From the NCBI RefSeq assembly GCF_009914755.1, contig NC_060948.1: a stretch of 64,000 nucleotides of DNA. One strand, 5' to 3'. Position 1 is the first letter of the stretch, and each line of letters starts with the position of its first letter. The translations under genes were made by a program, and so were the position numbers. The notes beneath the pieces were generated by a model. It ran no database searches. It was not told the DNA's origin and was given only the letters and a program-made list of their open reading frames with translations. This document shows, in pieces, positions 15,001-29,136 of this stretch. The stretch comes from the human T2T-CHM13v2.0 reference genome, Homo sapiens.

Positions 15001-18000
15001 TTGCATTCTATTCGAGTGATTTCCATTCGAGTCCTTTCCATTAGATTCCATTCCATTCTATTCCATTCCTTTGGATTCCATTCCGTTCCGTTCCGTTCAC
15101 ATCAATTCCTTGTGATTCCATTACATTCGATTTCTTGCCATTCGATTCCATTCCTTTTGACTCCATTTCATTCGATTCCATTCCATTCCATTAATTTCCA
15201 TTCCATTCGAGACCTTTCCATTGCAGTCTTTTCCCTTTGAGTCCATTCCGTTCGATTCCCTTCCATTCGATTCCATTCCATTGGAGTCCGTACCAGTCGA
15301 GTCCATTCTATTCCAGTCCATTAGTATCGACTCCATCGCATTCGAGTTCATTCCATTCCGTGGCTGTCCATTCCATTTCGTTTGATGCCATTCCATACGA
15401 TTCCATTCAATTCGAGACCATTCTATTCCTGTCCATTCCTTGTGGTTCAATTCCATTTCACTCTAGTCCATTCCATTCCATTGAATTCCATTCGACTCTA
15501 TTCCGTTCCATTCAATTCCATTCCTTTCGATTCCATTTTTTTCGAGAACCTTCCATTACACTCCCTTCCATTCCAGTGCATTCCATTCCAGTCTCTTCAG
15601 TTCGATTCCATTCCATTCGTTTCGATTCCATTCCATTCCAGCGCATTCCATTCCATTCCATTGCTTTCCTTTCCGTTTCATTAGATTCCATTGCATTTGA
15701 TTCCATTCAATTCAATTCCGTGCTATTCAATTTGATTCATTTCCATTTAATTCCATTCCATTATATTCCATTCCTTTCGATTCCATTCCTTTCGAATCCA
15801 TTCCATTGGAGTGCATTCACTTCCAGAACATTCCATTCCAGTCGAATCCATTCGAGTACTTTCCATTAATGTTCATTACATTCTAATACATTCCATTCCA
15901 TTGCATTCCATTCCATTCCTTTCGATGCCATTCGATTCCATTCCATGCCAAATCATTGCATTCCTTTCCATTCCGTTCCTATCAATTCCATTCCATTCGA
16001 TTTAGTTCGATTCTATTCACTTCCATTCCATTCGATTCCATTCCATTGGAGTCAATTCCTTTCGACACCCAGCCTTTCCAGTCAATGATTTTGGATTCCA
16101 TTTTTTTGCATTCCATTACATTCTATGACATTCGATTCCGTTTCATTGCATTCCATTCCATACATTTTTATTCCATTCGAGACCGTAGCATTCCACTTTA
16201 TTCTAGGCCTGTCCATTACACTACATTCCCTTCCATTCCAATGAATTCCATTCCATTCCAATCCATTCCTTTCCTTTCGCTTGCATTCCATTCTATTCTC
16301 TTCTACTGCATACAATTTCACTCCATTCGTTCCCATTCCATTCAATTCCATTCCATTCAATTCCATTCCATTTGTTTCCATTCTCTTCGATTCCATTTCT
16401 TTATATTCCATGCCATTCGATTCCATTCTATTGGATTGCATTACATTCGTGTTCATTCCATTCCAGACCATTCCATTTGACTCCATTCCTTTCGAGCCCT
16501 TTCAATTTGAGTCCATTCCTTTCCAGTCCATTTCACTCCAGTCCATTACTATCCATTCCCTACCATTCCATCCCATTGCATTCCATTCCATTCCATTCCA
16601 TTCCATTGCATTCCATTCCATTCCATTGCACTGCACTCCATTCCATTACATTCTATTCTATTACAGTCGATTTTATTGCATTAGATTCTATTCCATTGGA
16701 TTACTTTCCATTCGATTACATTCCATTCATGTATATTCCATTCCAGTCAATTACATTCGAGTTCATTACGTTACATTCCAGTATATTCCATTGTATTCGA
16801 TCCCATTCCTTTCAATTCCATTTCATTCGACTCCATTATATTCGATTCCATTCCACCCGAATCCATTCCATTAGAGGACATTCCATTCCAATGCATTCCA
16901 TTCCATTCCAAAGCATTCCATTGCATTCGATTCCATCCCATTTGATGCCATTCCGTTTGATGCCATTCCATGACATTCCATTCCATTCGAGTCCATTCCG
17001 TTCCAATTCATTCCATTCCGTTTCATGAAATTCGAGTCCTTTCCAGTACATTTCATTCCAATCCCATCCAATCCAATCTACTCCATTCAATTCCTTTCCA
17101 TTCCATTTGATTAGATTCCATTGATTTGATTCCATTCAGTTTGATTCCATTCCGTGAAATTTCGTTCCATTCTATTCCATTGCATTACTTTCCATTCAAT
17201 TCCATTCCATTTCATTTCAGTCCATACGCTTCCTTTCCTTTCGATTCAATTCCATTTGATTCCACTCCATTCTATGCGATTTCATTCCAATCGATTCAAT
17301 TCCATTCGATGACATTCCTTTCGTTTCCATTCCATTCGAGTCCATTCAATTTGAGCATTCGTGTCCATTCTATTCGAGTCCATTCCATTACCGTCTATTC
17401 TATTCCCTTCCATTCCTGTTGATTCAATTTCATTCCCTTCCATTCGATTCCTTTCCATTCGATTCCATTCCTTTCCATTCCATTCCATTCGCTCCCATTC
17501 CATGTGATTTCATTCCATTCCAGTCCATTATATTCGAGTCCACTCCACTCCATTCTATTACATTCAATTCCTTTTGAGTCCGTTCCATAACACTCCATTC
17601 ATTTCGATTCCATTTCTTGCCAGTTTTCTTCCATTTTATTCCATTCCGTTCGATTCCATTCCATTCGATTGCATTCCATTCGAATCCTTTCCATTCCATT
17701 TCATTCCATTCCTTTCTATTCCATTCCATTTCATTCGATTTGATTCCATTCTGTTCTATTCCATTCAATTCTTTTTCATTCCATTCGAATCCTTTCTATT
17801 GCAGTCCATTCCATTCGAGTCCATTCCAATCCCTTCCATTCCATTCCATTACAGTCCATTCCAATAGATTCCATTCCTTTGCCTTCCATTCGAATCCATT
17901 CCATTCTAGTCCATTCCATTTGAGTCAATTCCATTCCATGCCATTCTATTCCTTTCCAATCCATTCGATTCCATTCGATTCAATTCCATTTGATTCTCTT

Positions 18001-18544
18001 TCATTCTATTTTATTCCATGCCATTTGATTTCATTGCATTCCATTCCGTTTGATTCCAGTCCATTCAAGAAAGTTCCATTCCAGTCCATTGCTTTCGAGT
18101 CCATTCCATTCCACTCTAGTCTATTCCACTCCATTCCTTTCCATTCCATTCCATACTATTCCATTCCATTCGTTTGCTTTCCTTTTCCAATCTATTCGAG
18201 TCCATTGCATTCCAGTCCAATCCATTCGATTACATTCCTTTTGATTCCCTGCCAGTCGATTGCATTGCATACTAGACCATTCCAAACGAGTCCATTCCAT
18301 TCTATTTCAACACTTTCCATTCCACTCTGTTCGAGTCCATTCCATTCCAGTCCATTTAATTCAAGGGCATTCCATTCCATTCCATTCCATTTCATATTAT
18401 TCCATTACATTCAATTCCATTCCAGATGATTCCATTCCGTTCTATACCATTGCTCTCTGTTCCATTCCATTCCATCTGTCTCCATTCCATTCGTTTCGAT
18501 TCCTTTCCATTCCATTCCATTATATTTGATCCTGTTTTATTAAA
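15001..18544 (+). repeat. DYZ1 unit U5, 3544 bp
   Basis: Landmark spacing. GGCC at 16206. Confidence 0.9.
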
Positions 18545-21500
18545 TTGCATTCTATTCGAGTGATTTCCATTCGAGTCCTTTCCATTAGATTCCATTCCAT
18601 TCTATTCCATTCCTTTGGATTCCATTCCGTTCCGTTCCGTTCACATCAATTCCTTGTGATTCCATTACATTCGATTTCTTGCCATTCGATTCCATTCCTT
18701 TTGACTCCATTTCATTCGATTCCATTCCATTCCATTAATTTCCATTCCATTCGAGACCTTTCCATTGCAGTCTTTTCCCTTTGAGTCCATTCCGTTCGAT
18801 TCCCTTCCATTCGATTCCATTCCATTGGAGTCCGTACCAGTCGAGTCCATTCTATTCCAGTCCATTAGTATCGACTCCATCGCATTCGAGTTCATTCCAT
18901 TCCGTGGCTGTCCATTCCATTTCGTTTGATGCCATTCCATACGATTCCATTCAATTCGAGACCATTCTATTCCTGTCCATTCCTTGTGGTTCAATTCCAT
19001 TTCACTCTAGTCCATTCCATTCCATTGAATTCCATTCGACTCTATTCCGTTCCATTCAATTCCATTCCTTTCGATTCCATTTTTTTCGAGAACCTTCCAT
19101 TACACTCCCTTCCATTCCAGTGCATTCCATTCCAGTCTCTTCAGTTCGATTCCATTCCATTCGTTTCGATTCCATTCCATTCCAGCGCATTCCATTCCAT
19201 TCCATTGCTTTCCTTTCCGTTTCATTAGATTCCATTGCATTCGATTCCATTCAATTCAATTCCGTGCTATTCAATTTGATTCATTTCCATTTAATTCCAT
19301 TCCATTATATTCCATTCCTTTCGATTCCATTCCTTTCGAATCCATTCCATTGGAGTGCATTCACTTCCAGAACATTCCATTCCAGTCGAATCCATTCGAG
19401 TACTTTCCATTAATGTTCATTACATTCTAATACATTCCATTCCATTGCATTCCATTCCATTCCTTTCGATGCCATTCGATTCCATTCCATGCCAAATCAT
19501 TGCATTCCTTTCCATTCCGTTCCTATCAATTCCATTCCATTCGATTTAGTTCGATTCTATTCACTTCCATTCCATTCGATTCCATTCCATTGGAGTCAAT
19601 TCCTTTCGACACCCAGCCTTTCCAGTCAATGATTTTGGATTCCATTTTTTTGCATTCCATTACATTCTATGACATTCGATTCCGTTTCATTGCATTCCAT
19701 TCCATACATTTTTATTCCATTCGAGACCGTAGCATTCCACTTTATTCTAGGCCTGTCCATTACACTACATTCCCTTCCATTCCAATGAATTCCATTCCAT
19801 TCCAATCCATTCCTTTCCTTTCGCTTGCATTCCATTCTATTCTCTTCTACTGCATACAATTTCACTCCATTCGTTCCCATTCCATTCAATTCCATTCCAT
19901 TCAATTCCATTCCATTTGTTTCCATTCTCTTCGATTCCATTTCTTTATATTCCATGCCATTCGATTCCATTCTATTGGATTGCATTACATTCGTGTTCAT
20001 TCCATTCCAGACCATTCCATTTGACTCCATTCCTTTCGAGCCCTTTCAATTTGAGTCCATTCCTTTCCAGTCCATTTCACTCCAGTCCATTACTATCCAT
20101 TCCCTACCATTCCATCCCATTGCATTCCATTCCATTCCATTCCATTCCATTGCATTCCATTCCATTCCATTGCACTGCACTCCATTCCATTACATTCTAT
20201 TCTATTACAGTCGATTTTATTGCATTAGATTCTATTCCATTGGATTACTTTCCATTCGATTACATTCCATTCATGTATATTCCATTCCAGTCAATTACAT
20301 TCGAGTTCATTACGTTACATTCCAGTATATTCCATTGTATTCGATCCCATTCCTTTCAATTCCATTTCATTCGACTCCATTATATTCGATTCCATTCCAC
20401 CCGAATCCATTCCATTAGAGGACATTCCATTCCAATGCATTCCATTCCATTCCAAAGCATTCCATTGCATTCGATTCCATCCCATTTGATGCCATTCCGT
20501 TTGATGCCATTCCATGACATTCCATTCCATTCGAGTCCATTCCGTTCCAATTCATTCCATTCCGTTTCATGAAATTCGAGTCCTTTCCAGTACATTTCAT
20601 TCCAATCCCATCCAATCCAATCTACTCCATTCAATTCCTTTCCATTCCATTTGATTAGATTCCATTGATTTGATTCCATTCAGTTTGATTCCATTCCGTG
20701 AAATTTCGTTCCATTCTATTCCATTGCATTACTTTCCATTCAATTCCATTCCATTTCATTTCAGTCCATACGCTTCCTTTCCTTTCGATTCAATTCCATT
20801 TGATTCCACTCCATTCTATGCGATTTCATTCCAATCGATTCAATTCCATTCGATGACATTCCTTTCGTTTCCATTCCATTCGAGTCCATTCAATTTGAGC
20901 ATTCGTGTCCATTCTATTCGAGTCCATTCCATTACCGTCTATTCTATTCCCTTCCATTCCTGTTGATTCAATTTCATTCCCTTCCATTCGATTCCTTTCC
21001 ATTCGATTCCATTCCTTTCCATTCCATTCCATTCGCTCCCATTCCATGTGATTTCATTCCATTCCAGTCCATTATATTCGAGTCCACTCCACTCCATTCT
21101 ATTACATTCAATTCCTTTTGAGTCCGTTCCATAACACTCCATTCATTTCGATTCCATTTCTTGCCAGTTTTCTTCCATTTTATTCCATTCCGTTCGATTC
21201 CATTCCATTCGATTGCATTCCATTCGAATCCTTTCCATTCCATTTCATTCCATTCCTTTCTATTCCATTCCATTTCATTCGATTTGATTCCATTCTGTTC
21301 TATTCCATTCAATTCTTTTTCATTCCATTCGAATCCTTTCTATTGCAGTCCATTCCATTCGAGTCCATTCCAATCCCTTCCATTCCATTCCATTACAGTC
21401 CATTCCAATAGATTCCATTCCTTTGCCTTCCATTCGAATCCATTCCATTCTAGTCCATTCCATTTGAGTCAATTCCATTCCATTCCATTCTATTCCTTTC

Positions 21501-22088
21501 CAATCCATTCGATTCCATTCGATTCAATTCCGTTTGATTCTCTTTCATTCTATTTTATTCCATGCCATTTGATTGCATTGCATTCCATTCCGTTTGATTC
21601 CAGTCCATTCAAGAAAGTTCCATTCCAGTCCATTGCTTTTGAGTCCATTCCATTCCACTCTAGTCTATTCCACTCCATTCCTTTCCATTCCATTCCATAC
21701 TATTCCATTCCATTCCTTTGCATTCCGTTTCCACTCTATTCGAGTCCATTGCATTCCAGTCCAATCCATTCGATTACATTCCTTTTGATTCCCTGCCAGT
21801 CGATTGCATTGCATACTAGACCATTCCAAAGGAGTCCATTCCATTCTATTTCAACACTTTCCATTCCACTCTGTTCAAGTCCAATCCATTCCAGTCCATT
21901 TAATTCAAGGGCATTCCATTCCATTCCATTCCATTTCATGTTATTCCATTCCATTCAATTCCATTCCAGATGATTCCATTCCATTCTATACCATTGCTCT
22001 CTGTTCCATTCCATTCCATCTGTCTCCATTCCTTTCGTTTCGATTCCTTTCCATTCCATTCCATTACATTTGATCCTATTTTATTAAA
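18545..22088 (+). repeat. DYZ1 unit U6, 3544 bp
   Basis: Landmark spacing. GGCC at 19750. Near-identical to U5 up to ~21480. Confidence 0.9.
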
Positions 22089-25000
22089 TTGCATTCTATT
22101 CGAGTGATTTCCATTCGAGTCCTTTCCATTCGATTCCATTCCATTCTATTCCATTCCTTTGGATTCCATTCCATTCCGTTCCGTTCACATCAATTCCTTG
22201 CGATTCCATTACATTTGATATCTTGCCATTCGATTCCATTCCTTTTGACTCCATTTCATTCGATTCCATTCCATTCCATTAATTTCCATTCCATTCGAGA
22301 CCTTTCCATTGCAGTCTTTTCCCTTCGAGTCCATTCCGTTCGATTCCCTTGCATTCGATTCCATTCCATTGGAGTCCGTACCAGTCGAGTCCATTCTATT
22401 CCAGTCCATTAGTTTCGACTCCATTGCATTCGAGTGCATTCCATTCCGTGGCTGTCCATTCCATTCCGTTTGATGCCATTCCATACGATTCCATTCAATT
22501 CGAGACCATTCTATTGCTGTCCATTCCTTGTGGTTCGATTCCATTTCACTCTAGTCCATTCCATTCCATTCAATTCCATTCGACTCTATTCCGTTCCATT
22601 CAATTCCATTCCATTCGATTCCATTTTTGTCGAGAACCTTCTATTACACTCCCTTCCATTCCAGTGCATTCCATTCCAGTCTCTTCAGTTCGATTCCATT
22701 CCATACGTTTCGATTCCATTCCATTCCAGCCCATTCCATTCCATTCCATTCCTTTGCTTTCCGTTTCATTAGATTCCATTACATTCGATTCCATTCAATT
22801 CAATTCCGTGCTATTCAATTTGATTGATTTCCATTTAATTCCATTCCATTAGATTCCATTCCGTTCGATTCCATTCCTTTCGAATCCATTCCATTGGAGT
22901 CCATTCACTTCCAGAACATTCCATTCCAGTCGAATCCATTCGAGTACTTTCCATTAATGTTCATTACATTCTAATACATTCCATTCCATTGCATTCCATT
23001 CCATTCCATTCGATGCCATTCGATTCCATTCCTTGCCAAATCATTGCATTCCTTTCCTTTCCGTTCCTATCAATTCCATTCCATTTGATTTAGTTCGATT
23101 CTATTCACTTCCATTCCATTCGATTCCATTCCATTGGAGTCAATTCCTTTCGACACCCAGCCTTTCCAGTCAATGATTTTGGATTCCATTTTTTTGCATT
23201 CCATTACATTCTATGACATTCGATTCCGTTTCATTGCATTCCATTCCATACATTTTTATTCCATTCGAGACCGTAGCATTCCAGTTTATTCCAGGCTTGT
23301 CCATTACACTACATTCCCTTCCATTCCACTGAATTCCATTCCATTCCAATCCATTCCTTTCCTTTCGCTTGCATTCCATTCTATTCTCTTCTACTGCATA
23401 CAATTTCACTCCATTCGTTCCCATTCCATTCAATTCCATTCCATTCAATTCCATTCCATTTGTTTCCATTCTCTTCGATTCCATTTCTTTATATTCCATG
23501 CCATTCGATTCCATTCTATTGGATTGCATTACATTCGTGTTCATTCCATTCCAGACCATTCCATTTGACTCCATTCCTTTCGAGCCCTTTCAATTTGAGT
23601 CCATTCCTTTCCAGTCCATTTCACTCCAGTCCATTACTATCCATTCCCTACCATTCCATCCCATTGCATTCCATTCCATTCCAATCCATTCCATTGCATT
23701 CCATTCCATTCCATTGCACTGCACTCCATTCCATTACATTCTATTCTATTACAGTCGATTTTATTGCATTAGATTCTATTCCATTGGATTACTTTCCATT
23801 CGATTACATTCCATTCATGTACATTCCATTCCAGTCAATTACATTCGAGTTCATTACGTTACATTCCAGTATATTCCATTGTATTCGATCCCATTCCTTT
23901 CAATTCCATTTCATTCGACTCCATTATATTCGATTCCATTCCACCCGAATCCATTCCATTAGAGGACATTCCATTCCAATGCATTCCATTCCATTCCAAA
24001 GCATTCCATTGCATTCGATTCCATCCCATTTGATGCCATTCCGTTTGATGCCATTCCATGACATTCCATTCCATTCGAGTCCATTCCGTTCCAATTCATT
24101 CCATTCCGTTTCATGAAATTCGAGTCCTTTCCAGTACATTTCATTCCAATCCCATCCAATCCAATCTACTCCATTCCATTCCTTTCCATTCCATTTGATT
24201 ATATTCCATTGATTTGATTCCATTCAGTTTGATTCCATTCCGTGAAATTTCGTTCCATTCTATTCCATTGCATTACTTTCCATTCAATTCCATTCCATTT
24301 CATTTCAGTCCATACGCTTCCTTTCCTTTCGATTCAATTCCATTTGATTCCACTCCATTCTATGCGATTTCATTCCAATCGATTCAATTCCATTCGATGA
24401 CATTCCTTTCGTTTCCATTCCATTCGAGTCCATTCAATTTGAGCATTCGTGTCCATTCTATTCGAGTCCATTCCATTACCGTCTATTCTATTCCCTTCCA
24501 TTCCTGTTGATTCAATTTCATTCCCTTCCATTCGATTCCTTTCCATTCGATTCCATTCCTTTCCATTCCATTCCATTCGCTTCCATTCCATGTGATTTCA
24601 TTCCATTCCAGTCCATTATATTCGAGTCCACTCCACTCCATTCTATTACATTCAATTCCTTTTGAGTCCGTTCCATAACACTCCATTCATTTCGATTCCA
24701 TTTCTTGCCAGTTTTCTTCCATTTTATTCCATTCCGTTCGATTCCATTCCATTCGATTGCATTCCATTCGAATCCTTTCCATTCCATTTCATTCCATTCC
24801 TTACTATTCCATTCCATTTCATTCGATTTGATTCCATTCTGTTCTATTCCATTCAATTCTTTTTCATTCCATTCGAATCCTTTCTATTGCAGTCCATTCC
24901 ATTCGAGTCCATTCCAATCCCTTCCATTCCATTCCATTACAGTCCATTCCAATAGATTCCATTCCTTTGCCTTCCATTCGAATCCATTCCATTCTAGTCC

Positions 25001-25607
25001 ATTCCATTTGAGTCAATTCCATTCCATTCCATTCTATTCCTTTCCAATCCATTCGATTCCATTCGATTCAATTCCATTTGATTCTCTTTCATTCTATTTT
25101 ATTCCATGCCATTTGATTGCATTGCATTCCATTCCGTTTGATTCCAGTCCATTGCTTTTGAGTCCATTCCATTCCACTCTAGTCTATTCCACTCCATTCC
25201 TTTCCATTCCATTCCATACTATTCCATTCCATTCCTTTGCATTCCGTTTCCACTCTATTCGAGTCCATTGCATTCCAGTCCAATCCATTCGATTACATTC
25301 CTTTTGATACCCTGCCAGTCGATTGCATTGCATACTAGACCATTCCAAAGGAGTCCATTCCATTCTATTTCACCACTTTCCATTCCACTCTGTTCAAGTC
25401 CAATCCATTCCAGTCCATTTAATTCAAGGGCATTCCATTCCATTCCATTCCATTTCATGTTATTCCATTCCATTCAATTCCATTCCAGATGATTCCATTC
25501 CATTCTATACCATTGCTCTCTGTTCCATTCCATTCCATCTGTCTCCATTCCTTTCGTTTCGATTCCTTTCCATTCCATTCCATTACATTTGATCCTATTT
25601 TATTAAA
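22089..25607 (+). repeat. DYZ1 unit U7, 3519 bp, HaeIII-negative
   Basis: GGCT at 23294. 25-bp deletion at ~25141-25153. Confidence 0.9.
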
Positions 25608-28600
25608 TTGCATTCTATTCGAGTGATTTCCATTCGAGTCCTTTCCATTCGATTCCATTCCATTCTATTCCATTCCTTTGGATTCCATTCCATTCCTTTC
25701 CGTTCACATCAATTCCTTGCGATTCCATTACATTGGATATCTTGCCATTCGATTCCATTCCTTTTGACTCCATTTCATTCGATTCCATTCCATTCCATTA
25801 ATTTCCATTCCATTCGAGACCTTTCCATTGCAGTCTTTTCCCTTCGAGTCCATTCCGTTCGATTCCCTTGCATTCGATTCCATTCCATTGGAGTCCGTAC
25901 CAGTAGAGTCCATTCTATTCCAGTCCATTAGTTTCGACTCCATTGCATTCGAGTGCATTCCATTCCGTGGCTGTCCATTCCATTCCGTTTGATGCCATTC
26001 CATACGATTCCATTCAATTCGAGACCATTCTATTGCTGTCCATTCCTTGTGGTTCGATTCCATTTCACTCTAGTCCATTCCATTCCATTCAATTCCATTC
26101 GACTCTATTCCGTTCCATTCAATTCCATTCCATTCGATTCCATTTTGGTCGAGAACCTTCTATTACACTCCCTTCCATTCCAGTGCATTCCATTCCAGTC
26201 TCTTCAGTTCGATTCCATTCCATACGTTTCGATTCCATTCCATTCCAGCCCATTCCATTCCATTCCATTCCTTTGCTTTCCGTTTCATTAGATTCCATTG
26301 CATTCGATTCCATTCAATTCAATTCCGTGCTATTCAATTTGATTGATTTCCATTTAATTCCATTCCATTAGATTCCATTCCGTTCGATTCCATTCCTTTC
26401 GAATCCATTCCATTGGAGTCCATTCACTTCCAGAACATTCCATTCCAGTCGAATCCATTCGAGTACTTTCCATTAATGTTCATTACATTCTAATACATTC
26501 CATTCCATTGCATTCCATTCCATTCCATTCGATGCCATTCGATTCCATTCCTTGCCAAATCATTGCATTCCTTTCCTTTCCGTTCCTATCAATTCCATTC
26601 CATTTGATTTAGTTCGATTCTATTCACTTCCATTCCATTCGATTCCATTCCATTGGAGTCAATTCCTTTCGACACCCAGCCTTTCCAGTCAATGATTTTG
26701 GATTCCATTTTTTTGCATTCCATTACATTCTATGACATTCGATTCCGTTTCATTGCATTCCATTCCATACATTTTTATTCCATTCGAGACCGTAGATTTC
26801 CAGTTTATTCCAGGCTTGTCCATTACACTACATTCCCTTCCATTCCACTGAATTCCATTCCATTCCAATCCATTCCTTTCCTTTCGCTTGCATTCCATTC
26901 TATTCTCTTCTACTGCATACAATTTCACTCCATTCGTTCCCATTCCATTCAATTCCATTCCATTCAATTCCATTCCATTTGTTTCCATTCTCTTCGATTC
27001 CATTTCTTTATATTCCATGCCATTCGATTCCATTCTATTGGATTGCATTACATTCGTGTTCATTCCATTCCAGACCATTCCATTTGACTCCATTCCTTTC
27101 GAGCCCTTTCAATTTGAGTCCATTCCTTTCCAGTCCATTACTATCCATTCCCTACCATTCCATCCCATTGCATTCCATTCCATTCCAATCCATTCCATTG
27201 CATTCCATTCCATTCCATTGCACTGCACTCCATTCCATTACATTCTATTCTATTACAGTCGATTTTATTGCATTAGATTCTATTCCATTGGATTACTTTC
27301 CATTCGATTACATTCCATTCATGTACATTCCATTCCAGTCAATTACATTCGAGTTCATTACGTTACATTCCAGTATATTCCATTGTATTCGATCCCATTC
27401 CTTTCAATTCCATTTCATTCGACTCCATTATATTCGATTCCATTCCACCCGAATCCATTCCATTAGAGGACATTCCATTCCAATGCATTCCATTCCATTC
27501 CAAAGCATTCCATTGCATTCGATTCCATCCCATTTGATGCCATTCCGTTTGATGCCATTCCATGACATTCCATTCCATTCGAGTCCATTCCGTTCCAATT
27601 CATTCCATTCCGTTTCATGAAATTCGAGTCCTTTCCAGTACATTTCATTCCAATCCCATCCAATCCAATCTACTCCATTCAATTCCTTTCCATTCCATTT
27701 GATTATATTCCATTGATTTGATTCCATTCAGTTTGATTCCATTCCGTGAAATTTCGTTCCATTCTATTCCATTGCATTACTTTCCATTCAATTCCATTCC
27801 ATTTCATTTCAGTCCATACGCTTCCTTTCCTTTCGATTCAATTCCATTTGATTCCACTCCATTCTATGCGATTTCATTCCAATCGATTCAATTCCATTCG
27901 ATGACATTCCTTTCGTTTCCATTCCATTCGAGTCCATTCAATTTGAGCATTCGTGTCCATTCTATTCGAGTCCATTCCATTACCGTCTATTCTATTCCCT
28001 TCCATTCCTGTTGATTCAATTTCATTCCCTTCCATTCGATTCCTTTCCATTCGATTCCATTCCTTTCCATTCCATTCCATTCGCTCCCATTCCATGTGAT
28101 TTCATTCCATTCCAGTCCATTATATTCGAGTCCACTCCACTCCATTCTATTACATTCAATTCCTTTTGAGTCCGTTCCATAACACTCCATTCATTTCGAT
28201 TCCATTTCTTGCCAGTTTTCTTCCATTTTATTCCATTCCGTTCGATTCCATTCCATTCGATTGCATTCCATTCGAATCCTTTCCATTCCATTTCATTCCA
28301 TTCCTTTCTATTCCATTCCATTTCATTCGATTTGATTCCATTCTGTTCTATTCCATTCAATTCTTTTTCATTCCATTCGAATCCTTTCTATTGCAGTCCA
28401 TTCCATTCGAGTCCATTCCAATCCCTTCCATTCCATTCCATTACAGTCCATTCCAATAGATTCCATTCCTTTGCCTTCCATTCGAATCCATTCCATTCTA
28501 GTCCATTCCATTTGAGTCAATTCCATTCCATTCCATTCTATTCCTTTCCAATCCATTCGATTCCATTCGATTCAATTCCGTTTGATTCTCTTTCATTCTA

Positions 28601-29136
28601 TTTTATTCCATGCCATTTGATTGCATTGCATTCCATTCCGTTTGATTCCAGTCCATTCAAGAAAGTTCCATTCCAGTCCATTGCTTTTGAGTCCATTCCA
28701 TTCCACTCTAGTCTATTCCACTCCATTCCTTTCCATTCCATTCCATACTATTCCATTCCATTCCTTTGCATTCCGTTTCCACTCTATTCGAGTCCATTGC
28801 ATTCCAGTCCAATCCATTCGATTACATTCCTTTTGATTCCCTGCCAGTCGATTGCATTGCATACTAGACCATTCCAAAGGAGTCCATTCCATTCTATTTC
28901 AACACTTTCCATTCCACTCTGTTCAAGTCCAATCCATTCCAGTCCATTTAATTCAAGGGCATTCCATTCCATTCCATTCCATTTCATGTTATTCCATTCC
29001 ATTCAATTCCATTCCAGATGATTCCATTCCATTCTATACCATTGCTCTCTGTTCCATTCCATTCCATCTGTCTCCATTCCTTTCGTTTCGATTCCTTTCC
29101 ATTCCATTCCATTACATTTGATCCTATTTTATTAAA
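25608..29136 (+). repeat. DYZ1 unit U8, 3529 bp, HaeIII-negative
   Basis: GGCT at 26813. 15-bp deletion at ~27129-27139. Confidence 0.9.
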
